A stretch of DNA of 64,000 nucleotides, taken from assembly GCA_013265495.1 (NCBI GenBank), contig MU058531.1:2170911-2234910 (forward strand), in the 5' to 3' direction. The position numbers and the translations under genes are program-made. Within the stretch, counting starts at the first letter, position 1. Every line of letters starts with the position of its first letter. Below the pieces are notes generated by a model. The model saw only the letters and a list, made by a program, of their open reading frames with translations, was not told the DNA's origin and searched no databases. This stretch comes from Vicugna vicugna (Eukaryota). Shown piece after piece: positions 36,301 through 48,300 of the stretch.

Positions 36301-39300
36301 TTTGTTGAAAAGTCTTTCCTTTCCCAACTTAATTATGTTGGTGCCTTTGTCAAAAAAAAAAAATCAATTGACCAATGATGAATGGATAAAGAAAAAGTGG
36401 TTATACATACTATGGAGTGTTATTTAGCATTAAAAAGGAAGGAAATCCTGTCAATGATACAACATAGCATGACTCTATGGATGTTATGGTAAGGGAAATA
36501 AAGACATGTTGTAAGAGTCCATCTTATTAGGTATCTAAGTAGCCAAATTCCTAGAAAGAGAAAGAATGGTGGTTATCAGGAGATGGTGGGGTGTGAGGTA
36601 AGAAGAGTTGTTTAATGGGTATAGTTTCAGTTTTGCAAGATGAAAAAGTTCTAAAGAGCTATTTCAAAACAATACAAATATACTTAACACTACTGACTTG
36701 TACATTTAAAAATGGTTAAAATGATAAATTTTGTTATGTGTTTTTTTACCACAATAAAAAAATCAACTGATCATATATATATGGGCCTATTTCTAGACTG
36801 TTCTTTTCTAATGATTTCTTTGTCTATCTTTATGCCAATGCTACAATGTCTTAAGTACTATATCTTTACAGTAAGTTCTCAAATTTGGCAGTTAAAGTCC
36901 TCCAACTTTTTCTTTTGTGTACAAGAGTGTTCTGGGTAATCTAGGTCCTTTGTAGATCCATATGAATTTTGGAATCAGCATACCAATTTCTAAAAGAAAA
37001 AAAAGCCTACTAGGATTTTGACTGTGATTACACGGAGCCTGTGAATCAGATTGGAGAGAATGGACATTTTGATAATATCAAGTCTCCTAATCTATGAACA
37101 AGGTCTTTAATATGTCTTGGCATTCATTGTTTTGTAGTTTTTTGTGTAGAGGTCTTGTTTATCTTTGGTTTAATTCATTCCTAAATATTTAATGTTTTTG
37201 TTGCTATTGTAAATAATTTTTTTAAAATTTTAAAATCTTTTATTTTGAAATAATTATACATTCATAGGAAGTTACAAAAATAGTACAAGGAGGTCCTGTG
37301 AACTCTTCACCCAGTTTCCATCAATGGTTACATCTTACATAATTATAATAAAATATCAAAACTAGGAAACTAGTGTTGGTACAACGTGTGTGTATAGTTT
37401 TATGTCATTTTATCACATTATAGATTTGTGTAACCATCAATAATATTTCCTTTAATTTAATCTTCCTACTAATATATGTCTAGTTTGTTGCTATTATAGG
37501 TCTAAAAGTTGCTAGTATGTGTCTAAAAAAGTTCAAACAATGACAACTAGGAAAATGGCTTTGCTAGAATAGTTCTGTCAGGAGGACTTTTTCTTTAAAA
37601 GGTTTTACCAGATTGTCAGATTTTATTCATAAAGTGACTGTTCCAAAAAAAATTTACTCAATCACCAAGTTCCAAGGAAAATTTTGGAAATTCATGCTCA
37701 AGAGAAGAGACAAATAAAAAATGCCAACTATGTGCCAGTCAAGTGTATCCCTTCTATATTCTTGACTATAGAAAATACAGATGAAATTCAATTTTAAGGC
37801 AGAAATATCATGTGATAGCTCATAAGTTCTTTAGGGCTGACCCTCCTCTAATGGGAATACTTCTGTTATTATAAGAGCTCCTCTAACTTTTGATCTCCTG
37901 GTTAACCACTGGTCAGTCAGAAGCATTCTGAGATTATAATGCTTACTTCCACTTAAAAAAAAAAAATAGAGGTTGTCCTCACTTACTTATACATCAGACA
38001 GGTGAACTGACACTTTGTTTTGTTTGTTTGTTTTGTTTTTTAAATATATATTTTATTGAAGTATAGTCAGTTACAATGTTGGGTCAATTTCTGGTGTACA
38101 GCAGAATACTTCAGTCATATAGGAACATACATATATTCATTTTCATATTCTTTTTCACCATAATTATTACAAGATACTGAATATAGTTCCCTGTGCTATA
38201 CAGTATAAACTTGTTGTTTATCTATTTTATAGAGCTGACACTTTGGATATTTGAGTTAGGACGAAGCCAGGTTAAGATGATCTATTATTGTTTTTTTGTT
38301 TTTTTTTTTTAAAGAATCTTCATATTTCAAGATACTGACTTAAAATAATCTAGAGTGGAGGGAGGATGAGAGAAGAGGGGTGGGTAAAGATTAAAAAGAC
38401 CAGCCACATTCTGACTGTTGAAGTTTGGTATTGGTTCATTATACATACTCTCTCTACTTTTGTAATGATGCTTGATAAAAAGTTTAAAAGCATTTTATTC
38501 ACAATTTCAAATTTTCAGATTCTAATCATTAGTGAAAATTTAGTATGTAACAGTAAAATCTATAGAGTGACTCACCGGACATTTTCTGGTCTTAGTTTAT
38601 CGAGAACCATCTCTATTAAATCGGGTCTAAATTCTTCCAGTAAATATTCAGCTGTGAGCACTTCTTCTAGGGGATAATACTTTTTAAAAGGAAAATAAAT
38701 AAATAAATAAAATGTGCAAGGCTACTACAGATTCTAACTCATTAAAGCAAACAGATCTCTAACACATTAAATCCTCTATTTTATATCCCACTCTTCCCTT
38801 CAATTAAATTTTACTCCACTGGAAAAATTTCTGAATCTTTTCTCTTTCCTACCACACTTTAAGCAAATTCATACTGTGGGATGATTTTGTAGTTAATCCC
38901 CAAATACACTTAACATTATAGACAACAAAATCACATTTTTTCAAAGAAAAATGTGAGAAATACCTCCGACTAAAAACTGAGTGCTTGTTAATAAAGAAAA
39001 TCTGATGATTAAATGCTGACACCTATGGTTTCTTAATATAAAGCACATACATTTTAATTTTAATAAGCAGAATTTGTACTCAAATTTCTTCGAATGAAAT
39101 CAGACATTTAGAAAGTTGTTGTGGGGGAAAAATGATTTATATTTTCAGTTAGTGAAGAAAAGTAATGTAGAAGATGCTTTTTAGTAATAGCAACTTACTG
39201 AGATAGATTCATTCATTCATTCAACAAGTATGAAATGAATACCTATTCTGTGCCAGGCACTGTTTTAGGTGCTGCTGTGGATACAATGGTAGGTAAGACC

Positions 39301-42300
39301 GATGATGTTCCTGCTTTCTAAGGAGCTTATATTCTAAATGGGAGGGAGGCGGACAATAAACAACCAAATACTGTGAGTATAGTGATAGGTGCTAGAAGAA
39401 AATTTTAAAAGGGGCAGGGCCATGATTGGGAGGTCAGGGAAAGCCTCCCTGAGGGAGAGACCTCAGGGTAAGGCTAAGAAGAACCTAGCCATGCAAAGAC
39501 CAGAAGTGTTCCAGGCAGAGAAAACAGCAAATGTAAGGGCCCTAGAGGGAGGAATAAACTTAACGCTTGAAGGCAGACAGCCGGTGTAGCTGGAGTGGAA
39601 TGGGGATGAGAGAGGTGGGATGCGGAGTGGGATAGGGAGTGTATTCAGTGAGATAGGCTGGGGCCAGATGGCCTTGTAGGTCAAGGTAAAAATCTAGATC
39701 TCATTCCAACTCTGATGGGAAACCACTGAAGGACCTGACACAGAGGAGTGAAAACAGCCTGATTTTGGTTTTCAAAAGATCCCTGAGGCTGGAAAAATAA
39801 ACTATAGTGAGGGATAAGAAGGAAAACAGGAAATCCAGGTAAGAGACTATGATGGCAGTCCAGGCAAGAAATGATGGTAGCTCATACTAAGGTGTAGCAA
39901 TGGATATGGAGAAAAGTGGATGATGTATAGCTTTCACGTAAGTAGCACCTGACACATTGTAAAAATGAAAAATATTTAAACCCAATAAGCAAAATGCCTA
40001 AATAATGAAAACATTACAGACGACAATTTTTAGGATGATGAAAATTAAAGATTTTAAGCATATTGTCACATGAAAGTTTGGCTGGTTGCTACAAAATCTA
40101 AAGTATTAGACTGTAGCTTCAATTTTTATCATTTGTGTAGCATTGAAAGTAATGTATAACAGATCACTGAAATACCATACACGCCAATGTACACAGGAAA
40201 ACAACAATAAACTTACGTGCAATATTCCTGCAATCTTAGAGGTATAACCCCGTGGCCTCTCTTTATCTTTAAATCTAAAAGCAACAGCATTCAAGTCCTA
40301 AAATGGAAAGTTAATCCAATTAGACATAAGTAACCTATCATTTAGAAAAACTTTCTTAGTGTTGGTTTGCACTACAGACTTTCTACTCCATATTTAACTA
40401 TCACACTTTCTGAAAAAATGACTATGCTTGATTTAGAAATATACAGAACACAAATGAAAATAACAAATATAGACTATGATTCTATAGCATACATTGTTGA
40501 AACTATTAGTCAAAGAATTAGGAAAACTGTGGAGGAATCTTGTGAGATCTAACACTTGCATAGATGACGATTTTGCTGAGCCATTCAGAGAACTGCACCC
40601 TGATTAGAAGTTACCGTCTTAAATTTCATAAGCAGAGAGTATACCTTTAAACTTTTATCTAGGTAAAGAGGATGCTTCTTATCCTAAAATACATCTGAGT
40701 TTTGACAGGCTCTAAATATAAAGTACAAATTTAAAAAAAACTCTTAAAAGAAGCCTTTAAAAATGTAAAAGGCAAATACCTTCTGTTTTACACACCAAAA
40801 AAAAAAAAAAAAAAAAGAGCCAGGCTAGTCCATACATAGAACAATAAAATCACTTTTAAGAACACAACCATATATGAAACAATTCACTCTTTTCTGAGTG
40901 TTTGCTATAAATTTTTTATCACCAGATCAGAAAATGACACATCTCATGCAGCCTCAGGCAGAGAATAGAGTCAGCCCTGATAGATTGAAGCTCAAGAAAC
41001 TGCTGGCTTTCTCCTGAGGGATAGAAAACCAACCTGATTTCTTTCCTTTTCCTCCTAACAAAGGCTCTATGATGCCTTAACCCTTAATTGTGCCCCAGGT
41101 AGCCAATCAGATTAGCACAACTAAGCCTTAATTACAGCTGCTATGCATTGCAAAATTTTAAGAGTTTAGGTTAGAGGGGAAAAAAAAACTTTAGAAGTTT
41201 CATTGGGCCTTAAATTAAAATTAATTCACATATATTTGTTTCTTGAAAAACTTTCTTAAGAAAAATTTTGGTGAAACAAAAGTACCTTGCACTCTTGGAA
41301 AACCCATTCTTGAGGTCCTTCTGCACGTAACTTCTGAATGTATTGAAACATGTGCAAAATTATATCTTCAACATGTACTGGAAAAAAGGGGCACACTTAA
41401 AAACCATTCAGTCCTCGAATCCTTCAAAGCAATGAGCTCACTCCTAAGGTAAAGTCAGGTAAGTAGAAGATGGCCCCTCTTAGAAATGGAGTTCTCACCT
41501 CCCTGAGGCTGGTTTTAGGGTCCCACACACATGGCCCTCCAGACTCTGGGATATGTGACAGAAGGGGCTTTGGGGCAGTAAGTGAGCAAATAAAAAGCCA
41601 AATACACATTTCACAAATGCAACATAACAATCAGTTTTAAGGAGGGAAAATCATCCATGGAATGAAGGCTAAGTTGCACATGGAAAATACAACAGATAAA
41701 ATGGTATGACTTAAAGTGTTTATAGTTTTACAACAAAAAACAGATCCACACCATAAATAAGTTAACAAAAATAAATTACAAGAAATCAATTTTCATTCAA
41801 AAACAAAAATGTTAATACTTACATAATCCTTCCTCAGTCAAGTCCACATTAATGATAAAAAACATAAAGCCTCGGGCTCCTTCCTTTTGCCCACCAACAA
41901 GAGTATTTACCCAGCCTGTAACATTCAAAGGAAATCAACATGATTGCATGTGTGTCTTCTTTTAAGACAAGGAATTTTTAAAAAATGCATTCTATATATT
42001 CCCAAGAGATTAGAATGGACCTTGTGCAGAAAAGACTCAAAAATATCAGTTCAGAAAAACAGTTTCAGACACTGCAGAAGATTCAAGGGATTTTGTGGGT
42101 TGGGAGCCTTCCTTGGGACTCCTCAAACCTTTTCCTAAATCAAGAGTAGACTACTGGGCTTAAGTGCTATACAAAAACAGAGTCTGAGTTGAGAAGGGTT
42201 TTGGAAATCATCTACTGACTGATCCTAGTACACCCTTTGATTTTATTTATGGATAAGAGGAAACAAATAATGTCTGCTGACATTTCACAGAGATGGTAAA

Positions 42301-45300
42301 GTATATCTATCTAATGTGAGCTTTTACTTATTTTAACCTCTATCTTATTTAAAACATGCACCACAACATCTTTTGAAATATCTACACTTCACTGCTCAAT
42401 ACTGCAGGGTAAAACAAATTACAGAGAAAAACAAAAACAAACACCCCAAAGCAAAAAACAAAAGCACACTAACTACCACCTCACTCTCCCATAAACCCTG
42501 AACAGTCTCATCTGAAAAATGTTCATTCACAGGAAAATATTTAGGAGAAATGAGAGCCAGAGTGAAAGATTATGGTGGAGGTTTCCTTCGAAGCTGGTGC
42601 CCAAGAGACTCACCCTTTGATTTAAGTTCTGATAACAGACTCCCAGGACCTTCATGCCCAATGAGATGACCAAGATAATGACCAGGATTTGATTTGTAGT
42701 ATTTCTGAAGGTCAGGTATGGGAAATGTCACATAAAGATTCCTAATATCCTTAATGGGTACTATTTTGTAAAGTTGCTGGGGAAAACAAACAAATCACAA
42801 AAGGTTAGCTACATACAATTTCTACTGAATAAAATATTTATAACTATGAAGAATACTGATTTTCATGGAAGAATCCCAAATTCAAAAGAGAATCAACTGC
42901 CAGATCACACTGACCACAAAGAAATAATGACCTGGGCTCTTTGTTATGTGGGATCTCATTACGGTTGGTATGCAGTCCATGTTGGTCCCCTGGATGATGC
43001 AACGAAACACTTTTGGATGCTTGTCTTCTGGCACTGGATAACAGAATAGCTTCTACAGTCTGCCAATTTATAGCTACCAAAACTACTTTTAGCATGGAAA
43101 GATCAGAACATATTGATATCTTTTTGGTGATACATGCCCCTAATAAATGTGAAGCTGATTTGACTATGTGGACAAATTATAAATAACGAAACCTCAAAAA
43201 ATTTTCATATACTCTGGTAAACTAGGCATATATTATGTACATAAATTTAAAAGAGGAAAATACTAGAAATAAATGCACTTACTTTAAGATGTTCTTCTTG
43301 GAAAGGATGTTCAGGAAATTCTGGCAATGGGACATTTTTGTTCTCTACTTCAGAAAATAACTTTACCACCAGATTAGTCAAGTCATCTAAAGATTCTACA
43401 AGAAAACAGACAATGGAAGCAGAACTTAAACTAATCATAACACATGACAGGTAGTATTTTAAAATCTTAGGATCATACATATATATATAAAATCACTGTG
43501 TGGTACACCTTAAATTTACACAACGCTATACATTAATTATATTTCAATAAAGCTGGGCAAGGGGGAAGGGGGATCTTAGGATCTCCTGAAAAATCTCAGG
43601 ATTATTAAAGGGAAAACCTAGAATTTTTTAAAAACTCCACCTGAGAAGGTTGAAGCATTCAGTTAAATCTTACCAGTGCCTATACAACTTGTGAAGCTAT
43701 GCAATGTTGATAATGATTATATTTCACATGTCTGCCTCTTTTATAGTTTAAAAAACTGTTTTATATATATTATCTTATAACCAATTTAAAACAAATATTA
43801 GAAACAATAATAGGATAATTAATGGCATTTGGAAACTATTTTATCTGATTCCCAACAGGCACATACTAAACCACTAGCTGATAGATTATAACACTCACTT
43901 TCTAAGTACACAGTCTAAATCCATTCTTGAAAGTCAAACATTAGAGTTTGTAAGTAATTGAGTTTGTGGGGGAATAATATAAAACAGTGAGAAGAATTGT
44001 GGGTCAGGGGATCAGATGACTTTGATTCTAATCCCAACTTCATCAACCAACTATGTCAAAAGACTACTGGACAAACCACTCTAGGTTCTATAAAACATGA
44101 AAATTGGGTAGGATGATCACAAGTCTCTCCCAAGGTCTAACACTATATGATTTTCTATTATATTATGCCAAATCCATGCAAAGATTTGTAACTGTTCATA
44201 AAATTATAAAGACACTTAAGTTCTTCTATCTTATCACCTATCGATATTTTTTATAGAGAGTTATACTCGCAAAAGTTTACAAAGCTCTATGTGTAAGATG
44301 TTCACAGCAGCACTGTTTGTAACAACAATAAAAACTGGAAATGACCTAAACATCTATCAATGTGCGCATGTTATAAAACATCGGTACAATGGAATTTTAT
44401 GTAGTCATTAATGAGGGAGAGATCTCTATGTGCTGATATGAAATTATCTCAAAGCTCTATTAAGTGAAAACTGCAGGCTTCAATGTCATATAGTATAATC
44501 TCATTTAATTTGTTAACAGACATACATAGATATAAGTATATTAACAAAATTCTACTTTTGGAAGTATAACAAAAAATGATTTTAAGGTGACTATCTTTGA
44601 GGAGAGGGCATAGTGATCATAAGATGGGATGAGGAAGAAGAATCTGATTTCCAATTTATACCTTTCCATGTGGGATAAATTTTTTTCTGCGTACACATAC
44701 TACTGTTATTCTAAAAAGGAAAAAGTAAAACAGGTTATCTTTTTATAAACAAGATAACCACTCACCTTGATTCTGTCTTCTCAAAAATAGGTTACTTATA
44801 AATGGTATAAACATTCATCACTTGTTACTGCCAGGAAGCATTTGAATCAAAAAAGAAATTTCCCTTGATATTCTATGGCCCATTTCAAATTTTCCCATGA
44901 ACTCTCTAGAAAACACTTAATCACTGTTGGAGAATTGCCTTTATAGAGTATGAAGTTGTCTTTTAGGCCTATGAATGTGGGTATGGGCACTTTCTTTATA
45001 AAACACATGTATTTTTACTTCAATTTTTTGTACATGTCTGAAGGACCCCAGAATATCCAAAGCCAAATAAAAGGCCAACCAGTGGTTGCTTGTTATATGA
45101 CAAGTGAACTCAGTAATGGAGTGGGTGTATTTGGAGCGAGAGATGTCAGAGACATCTGACAAACAGACATGAAGAGACAGATGGGACCTGCGACTGGAAA
45201 CAAGGTGAGCAGTCAACAATGATTTGTCGACCTGAAGTGCTGATGACCGTGAAGCCTTTTAAAGCAAGGTTCTACTAGGTTTGCCTTTCCTATTGAGGAT

Positions 45301-48300
45301 TTCTACCCTAAAGCACAAACTCACAATGTAGTTTTTTAAAGGTAAGGCAGCTGTACAATAATGCACTGTCTGTCTTCACCACTAAGCTGCATGCTATCAG
45401 AGATCAGGGAACTGAGTCCCATTCACTTCTACATTAGCAGGGTTTGGCAATCCCCGGGTCTCTACTTGACAGTTACCTATTAGTCAAGTGTCCAGGTAAC
45501 TGGTGCTGCCACAACTAGAGATGGCCCATGGGAGAACACAGAAAAACTTTTTTGTCCCTTTGTGACAGAGATCCTTTCACGTGGTTACTCTTCCTCTCCC
45601 CTCCTCCTAGAAGAAGGAGCAGATTATCTATTAATCCTCTAAGAGATCCTGTTTCCTCCTCACACCACTGTGCTATAAGGACACCTTTCCCAGACCAGTC
45701 ATCAAATCCACTGAGCTGAGCACAGAAGGTCAGTCACACTGAGCGAGGGAACTGAAACAAAGAAGCTCTCTGTTTTCTTTTAGATGCTTATTCTGTCACT
45801 TCTACTAAACCAAGAACACTGAGGGCAGGGCTCATGTCTAATTCATCTGTTGTCATTATTACTTGCTCAACAAGTGCTTACTGAAAGTATGTATTTTATT
45901 TCAATACGACATGGACAAAAATACAGCTTAGGCAACTACTTCCAGGACTAGGCTCTAAATATCAAGGGATATTTTTAACACTCTACAGACCTACTATAAC
46001 ATATACCTTTTTTTTTAAACTCCCTGGGCCCATGTTCTATCCTCGTTCCTATTACCAACTTAAAATATATATAGTTGTTTATTTTCTACCTACAAAACAT
46101 CTGTCAATAGCAGAAAACTTAGAAAAGCAAAACCAAGAAAACAAAAAACCATAAACAAAAGAAAAAAGGAAGGATACAAAAGTCACCCAAAATCTCATGA
46201 CTATGGGATGCTAAGAGTAGCTACCATTTGTGGAGCATTTGCTGTGTGCCAGGCATGATGCTAAACACTTCTCCTGCATTATCTCCATTAAACTTCCCAA
46301 CAGGTATGAAGCACCACATTAACTTTACAAATGCAAAAACTGAGATTCAGAGAACTGAAGTTAACTTTGTTAGCTCACAGCCACACACTAAGTAGGAGGC
46401 ATATTAGGAGTTCAAACCCAAGCTCTCAGACTCAAGAGCAGGAGTTCTTAACCACTTACTATGCCACATTATTAAATTTCCAGTATGTTTCTCTACTTTG
46501 CCTTATATCTCTCTATTAGAATTTTTTAGAAAACCCCTAATGGGATCACATAGCACACAGTGTTTTTATAGGGTGCTTTTGTTTTCTATTTAATACATTA
46601 AGAATATTCTCCCATGTTATTAAAAGGTCGTCATAAAACTGTTTATTCATTCAATATTTATTTACCAAGTGCCTATGATGTACCAAGCACTAACCCAGAA
46701 ACCTGGGTACAAAGCAGTGGACAAAATAGTTTCTGTCCTCAAGTAACTTACATTCTGGCACAACAGACAACAATAAGTAAAATTTTAATATTTTAGGTGG
46801 TAATAAAATTTTTAAAGAAAAATAAAGCAGGTGGGAGGATAAAAAATGGGAGAAGGGATGCTATTTTCTACAAGATGCTTTATTATACAGTTAAAACATC
46901 ACCATTAAACCAGCCTCCTGTTAATGAACATTTAAATTGCATCTAACTTTTTCTAAGAAACAATCCTGTACATCATCTGTTTGAACAACTTTGTGTCCTC
47001 AGTTGCACTTCTAGAAGAAAAAATGTACTTTTTAAGGGTGATGCCTCTTGTTAAACTGTCCTCCAGAAAGTGTGGAGCAACCGTATAAAGTTGTATACAC
47101 TACCACTCATACAAAAGAGCACCTCTCCTCCATAATGGGTGTTAGTTAAAACAAAACCCAAACCAAAATTATGGTACTTTAATAGGGAAAAACAATACAT
47201 TATTAGTTAATTTGCATTTTTTAAATCAAAACTTTGTTGGTTTACATTCCAAATAGATTTTTCCAGTTTATAATCATCTGCCTTTCAATGTCTTCCTAAT
47301 TTTTTTGAATTTTATAAGGTCAAATCTGTCAATCTTATCCTTTATATGTCCTTTCCTTGCTTTTTAAAAATATGCTTAGAGTACCTACTATTAATTTATA
47401 TTTTCTTCAGGTCTCCATTTAAAATCACCTAGGCTTCTTTTTTAGTAAGTTAAAAACAAAATTCCCCTCCACATATTCTCCTACAAGATCATTTTCAAAA
47501 GCCTCTGAGTCAATGAAAGGAAATATACATTGCTTCCAATACTTTGAAAAAACCAAAATGGAAAACTTAGATTACCCAATTCTGTAAAAAAAAAATTTAA
47601 GGATTCTTACCTCGACCTAAAACACAGATAGCCATTAAGTTGGATGAATAATAGGTAGAATGGAATTTCAGCAGCTCTTGTCTTACATCAATGCCTTCTT
47701 GGTTTGGTCTAGTCTCTAGAGTATATTTGTTACCTGAAAGGAAGGAAAAATATTTCTTGGAAAAACCAAAATATGTGAATTTTAAAGTTTTGCAATTATT
47801 CCTGATATCGTTATAAGGTAAACTTAAAAACAGAGTCCAAGTATACACATATAATGATTAGTTAAATACTTTTGAACATAAGATGGATAAACAGGACGGT
47901 ATAGTACAAACTAGTAACATTTTAACCTATAGAGAGTTTTCCCTCAGGAACTTAAAGTGCTTTATAAAGATTATACTTCTTAAAATTCCTATGAGATAGT
48001 AGGTATTATGAGCACTTACAAGACAAAATGAGATACACATGGCCTCCAGTCACACTTACTTTAACTTCCAATTCCCTATGTGCCCCATAATTAATTGAAC
48101 ATAGTCACTAAGGGATCTTTTTTGGAATTTGCCAAGTTGCTTGCAGAAAGAAATTACTATTCTTGGCTGAAGCATTAAATTTGTGATGTGAATTCTCATG
48201 GATTTGATCTACACTGGTAAAAAATAGAATGCAATGCTATTTTTCTAAGTCTCAAGTGATGTATATAGCATACCACTATGAGAGCTCTTATGAAATTTAA

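Noticed and set aside
45215..45250. ATGATT...CTGA...TGATGA, box C/D snoRNA-like words
   Set aside because: Antisense to the host transcript, wrong box order and spacing, and no terminal stem.
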